Shown here: positions 18,701 to 27,024 of the stretch, one piece after another
How the letters are laid out: every line of letters begins with the position of its first letter
How positions within the stretch are numbered: the first letter of the stretch is position 1
NCBI GenBank assembly: GCA_012841575.1
Contig: DUUL01000039.1
Span: forward strand, 38,954 to 102,953
Source of the DNA: Candidatus Moraniibacteriota bacterium
Lineage (GTDB): Bacteria; Patescibacteriota; Minisyncoccia; Moranbacterales; DUUL01
Length of the DNA: 64,000 nt
Direction: 5' to 3'
Notes under the pieces: model-generated
Told to the model about the DNA's origin: nothing
The model's database searches: none
What the model saw: only the letters and a program-made list of their open reading frames with translations
Made by a program: the position numbers and the translations under genes

Positions 18701-20260
18701 TATATAAGTCGAACTGGAGAGGATGTTGTTTTAGGCTATTTTAGCGGTTCAAAAACGCATGATGATGATTTGAAGTTGATAGAAAATGTCTTGATTGAGA
18801 CTTTTGATAAATATCCAAAAGTAAAATTAACGTTGGTTGGACCTTTGACTTTAAGTGATAAGCTGAAGGCATATGAAGACAGAATCATTCGACATGATTT
18901 TGTTAGCTTCGAAAAATTGCCTGACTTAATTGCTCAAATTGATATTAATTTACTTCCATTAGCTCCGACAGAATTTAATCACGGAAAAAGTGAAATTAAA
19001 TACACTGAAGCGGCCTTAGTGAAACGACCAACTATTGCTAGTGTGACTAAGACAAACGCTTATGCTATCAAGGACGGTCAAACTGGATTTCTGGCTGAAA
19101 ATGAAAGTCAGTGGCAAGAGAAACTATTTCAGCTGATTGAAAATAAAAGTTTACGCATGAAATTAGCCAATCAAGCCTATCAAGATGTTATTAAACATTA
19201 CAACACTTTCAAAATTGGTCAGGGATTAGTTGATTTTATTAATGAAAATCGTCGAAAGAAGATAGTTTATGTTTCACCCAGTGTTAAAATTAGCGGTGGA
19301 GTGATGGTGGTTGGTCAGCATTTGAAAATGTTGCAGGCGGAAGGCTTTAATGTTTCCTTGGTTGCATGTGACAATGAGGAGAGACTTGATTGGATTGATG
19401 ATTTTTCTGTGCCAATTATTCCAATTAATTCATTTGAAAAAGCTGAGCTGAAGTTGTTAGATATTGCTGTGGCAACTCTTTGGTCAACCTTAATCTCAGT
19501 TCAGCGCTCAACTGCCCGAAAAAAATATTATTTTGTTCAAAATAAAGAGCATTTTTTCTATTCAAAAGAAGATAGTAATTTCGCACTTGCTAAAGCCACT
19601 TATTATGCAAGGAATGTTGAATTTATTACAATGTCACGGTGGTGTCAGGGGTGGCTGAAGGATGAATTTAATCAAGATGCTCGCTACATTCCCAACGGAA
19701 TTAGTGTCGACAATTTTCACAAGACCAAGCCACTTAAGCCAAAAGGTAGAAAAACTAGAATTTTAATCGAAGGCAATCCTGATGATAATTATAAGAATGT
19801 GGATGAGGCTTTTGAGATAGTTAAAAAATTAGACAGAAACAGTTTTGAGGTTTGGCTCATTAGCTATGGAGGAGAGCCTAAAAAATGGTACTCTTATGAT
19901 CAGTCTTTCAATAAGATTCCCTATAAAGAAATGAAAAAATATTACTCCAGTTGTGATATTCTATTGAAAACTTCACGCTTAGAGAGTTTTAGTTATCCAC
20001 CTTTAGAAATGATGGCGTGTGGCGGTGTTTGTGTGGTAGCAGAAAATGGAGGTAATGCTGAATATATTAAAGCTGAATTTAATGCTTTGACTTATCAGCT
20101 AGGGGATATTGAAACTGCTGTTCGGCAAATTGAAAGACTGAGAAGTGATGAGGAATTAAAAGAGAAGTTGAAAATTAATGGAATGAAAACAGTAAAAGAA
20201 AGAGCTTGGATTAATACACTAAAAGAATTAAAGCGCATTTATAACAATGGAGAGAATTAA
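15713..20260 (+). CDS. Giant (1515 aa) multi-domain glycosyltransferase: GT2-like + GT4 + coiled coil/FWK motif + GT-B (paralog of 5108..6298) + GT4
   Basis: aa 1-215 GT2-like (IIIPHHDRIDLL, FLNDDVE, QNGHEDVDLF). aa ~300-720 GT4 (EGFGRTLVEAM...GQNGFLYKPGD). aa 745-800 ERQLVDQISKNQIITNSKFWKMRNFYLKLKHWLTFVFLNPRKF. aa 800-1185 paralog of ORF 5108. aa 1195-1515 GT4 (ESFSYPPLEMMACGGVCV). Confidence 0.8.
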   Translation: MSKIKNFIADIIIPHHDRIDLLENCLSFIDQRKFNVIVESGGTFAQNCNRGAKKALTEKLIFLNDDVEIENSLLLEMCDKKSDIVGISQTIEHFPGVIFGLGMNFSREKLSISFSMNREELFFPSGFCFLIKKKCWEQLNGLDEVYQNGHEDVDLFMRAIEAKASFAFIDRPARHLHSQSAGRHDNHDRNTNLFWERWNELRIENLLRENKDRLVVDRGFFKWKNFERGLDESDFSQKFREFYLDKETAEIEFSDNIDLENELVQRNSFCVNFKDAKFTQLFKKLSLEKKFNEGVQVFLLMGDYGKFFKINPNLDQSYLDHYSNFSLWFAKKELLTASFISHSAGRYGAEKSLSNLLQEITQRGVLAQVIIPENGPIEEELLDLPIALEICETPWSTKQKDLVRVSILRKLVMEKAIESGRKIARFGADLVFSNTSVIDGGAWAAKMLNLPHIWRVLEYGRKEHSIDFIDTIENRIKFINQYSDKIIFSSEGLQNFYGKEIGFDKLAVVPEIFDLEEKGDESFTQLKTYFKNKKALKILVIGNLAEGKRQEEAVLAVSDLVKQGKEVELFLAGGHEDESYLTKIKELIAVNDLAKNVTLGGYCSEIRQLMQQADVVLSCSILEGFGRTLVEAMLQRKAVIGAASGGVKELIQEGQNGFLYKPGDYRELAEKLNYLIENSQEIALLGEKGYAFARERFQTKVTAEKAVNLLKEVKSQSKLTGPNQVTVDFLDDFSQETENSLAVLLEKERQLVDQISKNQIITNSKFWKMRNFYLKLKHWLTFVFLNPRKFFKKSIRLLKKAFNIFKEKGWRGFWKELKIFLAKNGILKPKAVITCKDFLIVSGCYLEMPQKYRCDFQKEQLEKHGLKGDFQFFTAINDAWLKYYDVFIFYRTPITPAVESFIKQAKKLNKLVIFDIDDLVFDENLVKGKHEFKAMNAEEKKIYLDGIRRHRKTMQLCDFGIASTETIAEYMRKIIPTVLINRNSVPDALLERSKKAYISRTGEDVVLGYFSGSKTHDDDLKLIENVLIETFDKYPKVKLTLVGPLTLSDKLKAYEDRIIRHDFVSFEKLPDLIAQIDINLLPLAPTEFNHGKSEIKYTEAALVKRPTIASVTKTNAYAIKDGQTGFLAENESQWQEKLFQLIENKSLRMKLANQAYQDVIKHYNTFKIGQGLVDFINENRRKKIVYVSPSVKISGGVMVVGQHLKMLQAEGFNVSLVACDNEERLDWIDDFSVPIIPINSFEKAELKLLDIAVATLWSTLISVQRSTARKKYYFVQNKEHFFYSKEDSNFALAKATYYARNVEFITMSRWCQGWLKDEFNQDARYIPNGISVDNFHKTKPLKPKGRKTRILIEGNPDDNYKNVDEAFEIVKKLDRNSFEVWLISYGGEPKKWYSYDQSFNKIPYKEMKKYYSSCDILLKTSRLESFSYPPLEMMACGGVCVVAENGGNAEYIKAEFNALTYQLGDIETAVRQIERLRSDEELKEKLKINGMKTVKERAWINTLKELKRIYNNGEN
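17995..18090 (+). repeat. Second copy of the ~90-nt FWK-motif block
   Basis: aattctaaattttggaaaatgcgtaatttttacctaaaattaaaacattggctgacttttgtttttctcaatccacgtaagttt, compared with 12700..12795. Confidence 0.65.
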
Positions 20261-21602
20261 ATTTTTCCTGAAAAAATTCAATAAACTTGAAAATATTTAT
20301 TTAGTTTTTGGCTTACTGGCAGGGTTGCTAATGGTTTTTGTAATGCCTCCCTTCGAGGTTCCGGATGAAAACTCACATTATTATAAATCCTGGGAGATCG
20401 CTGGTGGGAAAATTTTTTGTCAACCAGAGGAAGAAGAGAGTAATCTAATTCCTAAAACTGCTAGGGATTTACCTACTTACTATGAGTTAAAAAAAGAGAA
20501 GAAAGAGTTGGAAAATTTTAAATTTGCAAGAGTCAAAGAAGAAATTGCGACAAGCCCAGATTACACCTTAGTTGAGGGGACTCGTACTCAATTTTGTTCT
20601 GCTTCACCGCTTGGACACTTGCCACCAGCAGGAGTTTTGTTTATTAGTCGACAATTGGAGTTACCTTTTTCAGTCGCTTTTTATTTAGCAAGAATAGTCA
20701 ACTTATTAATTTCAGTTTTTATTATTTATTTTGCAATTAAAATCACGCCGCTTGCTAAAAAAATCTTTTTAATCATTGCTTTATTTCCGATTGTAATTCA
20801 AGAAACAGCCTCATTAAGTCACGATGCTTTTCATCTGTCCTTGAGTCTTTTGTTTATTGCCGTAATTTTGCATTTCTGTAGTCAACCAAAAGTATTTTTA
20901 ACCAAAAAAGACTACCTTAAAACACTATTCATTTCATTAGTCGCGCTTAATATTAAATATGGCTATTTCCCGTTGGCACTTTTGTTTCTTGCTCTTCCTG
21001 CTGGAAAATTTAAAAATAGGAAACAAGAGTGGCTCGCCAAATCAATATTTGTTACCATCAATGGCTTTTTCTTTTTATTTCTTTATAAATTATTTCAATT
21101 TCCCACTAAATGGCCGGAGGGAATCGATGTTTCTGCTCAAATGAAATTTGTTCTTTTGCATCCTTTAGAGTTTTTTTATACTGTAATTAATTCTCTAAAT
21201 TCAAGCTTGTATTTTTATTGGGAGAGTATGATTGGAGTTCCAGGTCCTTTTCGTGAACATTTTCCTGTTTTACTTTACGTCTTTATTTTTCTTGGACTTT
21301 TCTTTTTCGCTGTTAAGAGCAAAGAAAAGCTCATTCTCTCTAATTGGCAAAGGGTTATTTTTCTTTTCTCTGGGACAATAACTTTCTTCTTATTATTTTT
21401 TATTCTATACTTAATTTGGACACCAGTTGGAAAGGACTTGGTCAGAGGAATACAAGGTCGCTACCTAATCATCCCGTTTCTCGTAATTCTTCTTTCCTTT
21501 TATAACAAGCCAAACTTTTCAAAGAATAATTGGTGGCTGGTGGCATTTATTGGAATTTTTATGTTTTTCACCTTTAAGCATATTTTTTCCATTTATTACT
21601 AA
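20247..21602 (+). CDS. Polytopic membrane protein, probable GT-C-type glycosyltransferase partner (DUF2142/GtrC-like)
   Basis: 451 aa with ~11 hydrophobic segments and an N-terminal extracytoplasmic loop with acidic motif (PPFEVPDENSHYY). It overlaps the upstream GT by 14 nt and immediately precedes a GtrB-like gene. Confidence 0.5.
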   Translation: MERIKFFLKKFNKLENIYLVFGLLAGLLMVFVMPPFEVPDENSHYYKSWEIAGGKIFCQPEEEESNLIPKTARDLPTYYELKKEKKELENFKFARVKEEIATSPDYTLVEGTRTQFCSASPLGHLPPAGVLFISRQLELPFSVAFYLARIVNLLISVFIIYFAIKITPLAKKIFLIIALFPIVIQETASLSHDAFHLSLSLLFIAVILHFCSQPKVFLTKKDYLKTLFISLVALNIKYGYFPLALLFLALPAGKFKNRKQEWLAKSIFVTINGFFFLFLYKLFQFPTKWPEGIDVSAQMKFVLLHPLEFFYTVINSLNSSLYFYWESMIGVPGPFREHFPVLLYVFIFLGLFFFAVKSKEKLILSNWQRVIFLFSGTITFFLLFFILYLIWTPVGKDLVRGIQGRYLIIPFLVILLSFYNKPNFSKNNWWLVAFIGIFMFFTFKHIFSIYY

Positions 21603-21610
21603 ATGAAACT

Positions 21611-22522
21611 ATGAGTAAAATAGCAGTATTGATCCCTTGCTATAATGAAGAAAAAACCATCACTAAAGTGGTTAATGATTTTAAAAAGGAATTGCCTGAG
21701 GCAGAAATTTTTGTTTATGATAATAATTCCAAAGACAAGACTTATGAACTCGCCGAAAAAGCAGGCGCCAGAATGGGAAGAGAATTTAGGCAAGGCAAAG
21801 GATTCGTTGTTCAAAGAATGTTTCGTGAAATTGAGGCTGACTATTATGTTTTAGTTGATGGTGATGACACTTATCCAGCACAGGAAGTCAAGGATTTGCT
21901 TAATGTTGCTCAAAAATATGATGCGGATATGGTGGTTGGTGATCGACTCTCTAATGGTACTTATGCCAAAGAGAATAAGCGTGGTTTCCATAATTTTGGT
22001 AACTCTTTGGTTAAAAATTTAGTCAACTTATTTTTCAAGTCGAATTTAAAAGATATTATGAGTGGCTATCGAGTTTTTTCCCGAAATTTTGTTAAAAACT
22101 ATCCCATCTTAGTGGGTGGCTTTCAGTTAGAGACAGACATGACTATTTTTGCGTTGGACAAAAAGTTTCTTATCAAAGAGTTTGCGATTCAATACAGAGA
22201 TCGACCAGCAGGCAGTGTTTCTAAGTTAAATACATTTTCTGATGGATTGAGAGTGATTGTTATTATATTTAATCTTTTAAGGTATTATCGACCTTTGTTT
22301 TTCTTTTCAACAATTGCACTAGCTTTGTTTCTATTCAGTTTAGCCGTTGGATTGCCAGTGATTACAGAATATCTAGAAACTGATTATATCACTAAGATTC
22401 CTTCAGCGGTTTTAGCTTCTGGTGCCATGATTCTCTCGCTTATTTTCTTTGTTTGTGGTATTATCTTAGATGCAATTAAGCGCTTAGAAAGCGAAATAAT
22501 TCAATTAAAAATGAAACAATGA
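21611..22522 (+). CDS. Polyprenyl-phosphate glycosyltransferase (GtrB/DPM1/ArnC-like GT2 with two C-terminal TM helices)
   Basis: IAVLIPCYNEEKTI, YVLVDGDDTYP and MVVGDR motifs. Two TM helices at aa ~230-300. This is the typical GtrB architecture. Confidence 0.8.
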   Translation: MSKIAVLIPCYNEEKTITKVVNDFKKELPEAEIFVYDNNSKDKTYELAEKAGARMGREFRQGKGFVVQRMFREIEADYYVLVDGDDTYPAQEVKDLLNVAQKYDADMVVGDRLSNGTYAKENKRGFHNFGNSLVKNLVNLFFKSNLKDIMSGYRVFSRNFVKNYPILVGGFQLETDMTIFALDKKFLIKEFAIQYRDRPAGSVSKLNTFSDGLRVIVIIFNLLRYYRPLFFFSTIALALFLFSLAVGLPVITEYLETDYITKIPSAVLASGAMILSLIFFVCGIILDAIKRLESEIIQLKMKQ

Positions 22523-22962
22523 AAAAAATTATTCAAAAAACTCAAGGTTTGGCTTTTTTAATCCTAGCTACTTTTTTTCTAGTGGGATGTTCAGCCAAAG
22601 AAAGCAGTATTAAAATTGAAAACAATCAGGAAGATTTAGGTACATCTTCCAGCGAACTTTCAGTAACAGCCAATGATTTAGATGGTTTGCAAGAGCCTTC
22701 AGATGAAACACAACAAGATTTAGATAATTCGACTGACAACTCTGGAGATCTTGCGCCAAAACAAGATTTTGCTTCAATTAAAAACCAATTAGACAAAGAA
22801 GACTCAACCAAAAAAAACGAGGACACTGAAAAGTCAAAATCAAATACAAAAAACGAAATGAATGAAACAAATGATGGAGTTGATATTAAGGCTGAGGCAG
22901 ACAAGTGCATTAAGGATGGAGGAGTTTACAACACTTTTGCTCGACAGTGCTTTAAAAATTAA
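22519..22962 (+). CDS. Acidic lipoprotein
   Basis: Signal peptide with lipobox FLVGC|S. D/E/S/N-rich low-complexity body. C-terminal CIKDGGVYNTFARQCFKN. Confidence 0.6.
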   Translation: MKKIIQKTQGLAFLILATFFLVGCSAKESSIKIENNQEDLGTSSSELSVTANDLDGLQEPSDETQQDLDNSTDNSGDLAPKQDFASIKNQLDKEDSTKKNEDTEKSKSNTKNEMNETNDGVDIKAEADKCIKDGGVYNTFARQCFKN

Positions 22963-23012
22963 TTTTATTCTAGCTTATATTAAGAAATAAAAAAATAAAG
23001 GTAAAGATAAAA

Positions 23013-24494
23013 ATGAAATTTTTGACTAGGATTATTCTGGGAATATTTTTGCTTGGAGTTAGCGCCTCCAATGTTTTTGCTTTTTCTTCAGAAGACTTGT
23101 CAAAAGTGTATCGTTTTTATAGTCGTAATGATCAAGTTCACTTTTATACCAACTCTGAAGATGAGAAGAACTTTGTTGCGGCAACAAATCCTCCAGAACA
23201 ATGGTGGTGTGAGGGGGTGGCTTGGCAGGCATTTAACAATCAGAATAAAGGTCAGTTGCCAGTCCATCGTTTTTATAGTCAAAACTATCGTGCCCATTTT
23301 TACACTATCAGTGAGGAGGAAAAGCAATATATTATTAATACCTACAGTAAAGAGACTTGGCAGTATGAAGGGGTTGCTTACTATGCTTTTAAAGAAAGAC
23401 ATCCTGGAACTAGTCCAATCCATCGTTTTCACTCTCAAGTTTCCGGAAAACACTTTTTTACTATCTCAGAACCTGAAAAAGAAAATCTTATCAATGGGGC
23501 TTATCCCGAAGCGAGGTATAACTACGAAGGAATTGCTTGGTACACTCTTCCACCAGCAGGAGATGGGGATTGCAAAATAAAGACCACTTATCTAGGTGGT
23601 GAAATTACTGTTGGTCTTTTGGAGATGACAAGAAATCAACTTAAAGATGAAGGCTTTCGCTTAAAAGCGAATAGAGACTATTCCATTAAAGATAGATCTG
23701 GAAAGATTATTGCAGCTAGAGTTAGTGCTAACTCAGAAACAAGAGTTAAGTATGATAATGATGGAAGATTGAGGGTTTATAATTCAATTCCAGAAACAAT
23801 AGTAGACAGGGAAGTTCGTTTTGAAGAGTTTAGTGGTAATAACATTGATATAGTTTTTGAAATTAGACGCCCTGAAATGACTTACAATAAATATCGAGGG
23901 AAAATGAAACTTCGTTATAGCAAAACTTCAAAAAATATTTGGGCGATTGAAACTCTTCCTCTTGAGCAATACTTGTGGGGTTTTGGTGAAATTACTGGCA
24001 CGGGTGATGATGATTATGACAAAACCATGTTAACAGCGGCTAGAACTTATGCTTATTGGAAAATGCTCTATTCAACAAAGTACGCATCAGAAGGATTTAA
24101 GGTGGTGCCAACTCCAGCTAATCAAATTTACCGAGGTTATGTCTACGAAAAAAAGTATGGTGATATTCGTAAGGCGGCAGAAGAAACAAGAGGTCAGATT
24201 ATAAAACATAAAAGTGGTGACATTGCTTTGTCTCCTTATTCTTCTTGGACTGATGGGCGAACTAGGAGTTTTGAAGAGCGTTGGGGTTCAAAAGACTATC
24301 CTTGGTGCAAATCTGTCAAAGACCCTTATGGTAAACACCCGACTAAAAGCACTTCTCAATTAGAATCTGAAGGTAATCATATGGTTGGAATTAGTGCTCA
24401 CGGAGCACTCAATTTAGCAGGGAAGCACAACTGGAAATGGCAAGATATCATCAAATACTATCTTTCAAACGTCTCAATTGTGAGTATTTACTAA
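23013..24494 (+). CDS. Secreted SpoIID/LytB-domain protein with three N-terminal ~45-aa RFY repeats
   Basis: Signal peptide. Repeats VYRFYSRNDQVHFYT.., VHRFYSQNYRAHFYTISEEEKQYI..WQYEGVAYYAF, IHRFHSQVSGKHFFTISEPEKENL..YEGIAWY. The C-terminal ~300 aa has the SpoIID-like pattern (LEQYLWGFGEI..., LTAARTYAYWK, VVPTPANQIYRGY). Confidence 0.7.
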   Translation: MKFLTRIILGIFLLGVSASNVFAFSSEDLSKVYRFYSRNDQVHFYTNSEDEKNFVAATNPPEQWWCEGVAWQAFNNQNKGQLPVHRFYSQNYRAHFYTISEEEKQYIINTYSKETWQYEGVAYYAFKERHPGTSPIHRFHSQVSGKHFFTISEPEKENLINGAYPEARYNYEGIAWYTLPPAGDGDCKIKTTYLGGEITVGLLEMTRNQLKDEGFRLKANRDYSIKDRSGKIIAARVSANSETRVKYDNDGRLRVYNSIPETIVDREVRFEEFSGNNIDIVFEIRRPEMTYNKYRGKMKLRYSKTSKNIWAIETLPLEQYLWGFGEITGTGDDDYDKTMLTAARTYAYWKMLYSTKYASEGFKVVPTPANQIYRGYVYEKKYGDIRKAAEETRGQIIKHKSGDIALSPYSSWTDGRTRSFEERWGSKDYPWCKSVKDPYGKHPTKSTSQLESEGNHMVGISAHGALNLAGKHNWKWQDIIKYYLSNVSIVSIY

Positions 24495-24500
24495 AAGTCT

Positions 24501-26474
24501 ATGTCAATAAAAAAAACAAAACTAATTCTACCTCTTTTGACGCTGAGCATTTTTCTTATTTTTCCCTTTTTAAAAGTGAGCGCCAGTCCTTTTGGTGGAA
24601 TGATCAATGTGTTGATTGAATGTACTTGCAACAATAGCACTTTGATATTTGTTGGTGATCCGGTTGGCGGAGAATTCATTAAAGCGCCGGGAACAATAGC
24701 ACATGCTTGCGAGCCAATGCTACAGGGGGAGTGGATTTTGGGCGAGTATAGCGGAGAGGTGTCTTGTGAAGTAATGACTTCTATGGGTTGTATTGAAATT
24801 AAACGAGCGCCTAAAATTGATTTTTATGGCACTTCTCCAAATGACTGCATTGGCGATGGCTCTTCTGGTTCAGGTAGCTCAACTAATCTTGGAGGCTTGC
24901 TTGGCGGTAGTAATAATTTTTTCGGTCAAAATTCAATTGATCGTTTTTTCTCTAACTCAAATTCAAACCACTTTTTCACAATGTCTCAATTAGAGATATT
25001 TAGCATTCTACAAGGACAAATAGGTGGTGACTGGAACTTTGAAGGCTTTGCTTTTAATGGCTTTCAAGGAATGAATGGGAATAATTTTAACATCACTTCT
25101 AGCCAAATTCTTGGTAGCATTAAAGATGCAATTACTAATGAAATTAAAAATAAACTTAAGCAAACTGTTTTAAATGGTGTCAATAGCAATGTTTTTGATA
25201 GCATAATTGATCCCGCTATTAATCAGGTTTTTGGTAAAATTGAAGACATAATCAAGGTTGATATGAACTTGGGAGGCAACTTAAATACAGATGTTTTAGG
25301 TCAAGTCTCTGCCGTATTAAATGTTAATATTGGGGAAATAATTAATCAAGGGAGTATTGATCAATTAATTAACGATATCGGAGGTAAAATTCAAGATGAG
25401 GTATCAAAAAGAATTGCGAATGAAATATCAAGCCGTATTAAAGTCAATATCCCGAGCGAATTAGAGGCTATTTTGCTAGGAAAGGTTGAGCCAATAACAG
25501 CAGAGCAAATAATTGAAGACATTGTTAGGAAGGTTGAGGATAAGATTTTGGGAGAAATCAACAAGGCAGTGGATAATAGCGTCATTGGGGAGCTAGAGAG
25601 AATCCTAAATGATATGCAAGGTATTGCTATTACACCAGAGAGTGCACAGGAGATATTGGATGATTTGCTAGTTTCGATGGGAAATAATGTGTTGGATGGA
25701 ATTGTTGGTAATGTTCAAGGTCAATTTGCGGGCAATTTAATTCAAGTAGTTAGAGAAGAAGTTGTTGCAGAACTACCATCTTTGATAGAAGCCAAGCTTG
25801 ATGAAAAAATTAGTCAAGCAATCCTTGACAATGTAATGGATGGAGTATTGAAAGAATTATCCAATCAGCTGGAGAATGAGGTTAATCAAAGATTGAAGCC
25901 CGTTTTCCGTTTTTATTCTTCTGCGTTAAATGCACACTTTTACACAATCAGTGAGTTGGAAAAAATGTCAATTATTAAAAACTATTCAGCTGAAGATTGG
26001 TTCTATGAAGGAATAGCTTGGTATGCTTTCAATACTCAGAGCGGACAGCAATACATTGACATTGCAAATAAAATTAGAGATAAGATCTCTAATGGACTAG
26101 GCTCTCGAGTGGATGATGCTTTAAGAGGTGAGGTGAGTGCCGAAATTATTTCAGCTTTAGAAAAAAAGTTAACCGGCTTATTGCTAGACGAAGTGAGAGA
26201 GGAAGTTGATAGAGTTTTAGATGAGCACCTTTCCAATTCTACTGCCAGGGATCTAGCCAATGTTATTGTAAATCAAGCAGATAAAGAATTAAATGACTGG
26301 ATTAAAACTAATGTTAATGACAAATTAAAGCCCGTATTTCGGTTTTATTCATCTAAACACACCACTCATTTTTACACTATAAGTCCAGTTGAAAGAGATT
26401 TTATTATTAAAAACTATTCTGCCGAGGAATGGCTTTATGAAGGAATTGCTTGGTACACTTCAAATAAAAAATAA
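24501..26474 (+). CDS. Secreted protein: N-terminal 7-Cys domain, Gly/Ser linker, long amphipathic helical repeats, 2-3 RFY repeats
   Basis: Signal peptide. ECTCNNS...HACEP...SCEV...GCIE...NDC. GSSGSGSS linker. A degenerate repeat (RFFSNSNSNHFFTMSQLE..DWNFEGFAF). Two C-terminal copies of PVFRFYSS...HFYTIS...NYSAE.W.YEGIAWY, each preceded by a ~90-aa helical segment ending NxxLK. Confidence 0.6.
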   Translation: MSIKKTKLILPLLTLSIFLIFPFLKVSASPFGGMINVLIECTCNNSTLIFVGDPVGGEFIKAPGTIAHACEPMLQGEWILGEYSGEVSCEVMTSMGCIEIKRAPKIDFYGTSPNDCIGDGSSGSGSSTNLGGLLGGSNNFFGQNSIDRFFSNSNSNHFFTMSQLEIFSILQGQIGGDWNFEGFAFNGFQGMNGNNFNITSSQILGSIKDAITNEIKNKLKQTVLNGVNSNVFDSIIDPAINQVFGKIEDIIKVDMNLGGNLNTDVLGQVSAVLNVNIGEIINQGSIDQLINDIGGKIQDEVSKRIANEISSRIKVNIPSELEAILLGKVEPITAEQIIEDIVRKVEDKILGEINKAVDNSVIGELERILNDMQGIAITPESAQEILDDLLVSMGNNVLDGIVGNVQGQFAGNLIQVVREEVVAELPSLIEAKLDEKISQAILDNVMDGVLKELSNQLENEVNQRLKPVFRFYSSALNAHFYTISELEKMSIIKNYSAEDWFYEGIAWYAFNTQSGQQYIDIANKIRDKISNGLGSRVDDALRGEVSAEIISALEKKLTGLLLDEVREEVDRVLDEHLSNSTARDLANVIVNQADKELNDWIKTNVNDKLKPVFRFYSSKHTTHFYTISPVERDFIIKNYSAEEWLYEGIAWYTSNKK

Positions 26475-26492
26475 CCTTTAACTCACTTAAAA

Positions 26493-27005
26493 ATGGACAA
26501 GAAAATATTTTTCATTATTCCTTTTTTCATTGTATTAGCAGGATTACTTTTTTGGGCATATACCATTAAGAAAAGTCGTGAACTGCCAATTGACTCTGAG
26601 CAGCAGCAACAAATTTCCATTGAACAGCAAGAGAGACTGATTAATCCATCAGAGAGTGTTTATGACTCTACCACAGAAAACTCAGAAGAGGGTGAGGATA
26701 TTGTCAGAAAAACCAATTATAATATAAAAAAAGAAGACTGTGAAAATGAATGTGCTAACTTTAAGATGGAGGAGGCACTAAGACATTGTCAAGAAGTTTG
26801 TGGGTTAATTCCAGTGGCTAAGGTTGAAGGGGAGGACGCTTGCTCTGAAAAAGAAGGTGTTGCAAAAGATTATTGTTTAAGAGATAAGGCAGTAACTGCA
26901 AAAGACTTTAAGGGCTGCGATTTAATTGTCGATAAAAATATTCATCAGCAATGTAAAAATCGAGTCTTAGAAGATATTATGGATGAATCTTCAATGGAGT
27001 GGTAA
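26493..27005 (+). CDS. Small membrane-anchored Cys-rich protein
   Basis: N-terminal TM anchor (IFFIIPFFIVLAGLLFWAY). Acidic linker. Eight Cys in CENEC...C.EVC...C...C...C....QCKN. Confidence 0.5.
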   Translation: MDKKIFFIIPFFIVLAGLLFWAYTIKKSRELPIDSEQQQQISIEQQERLINPSESVYDSTTENSEEGEDIVRKTNYNIKKEDCENECANFKMEEALRHCQEVCGLIPVAKVEGEDACSEKEGVAKDYCLRDKAVTAKDFKGCDLIVDKNIHQQCKNRVLEDIMDESSMEW

Positions 27006-27024
27006 TTGATCTTCATTTAATGGA

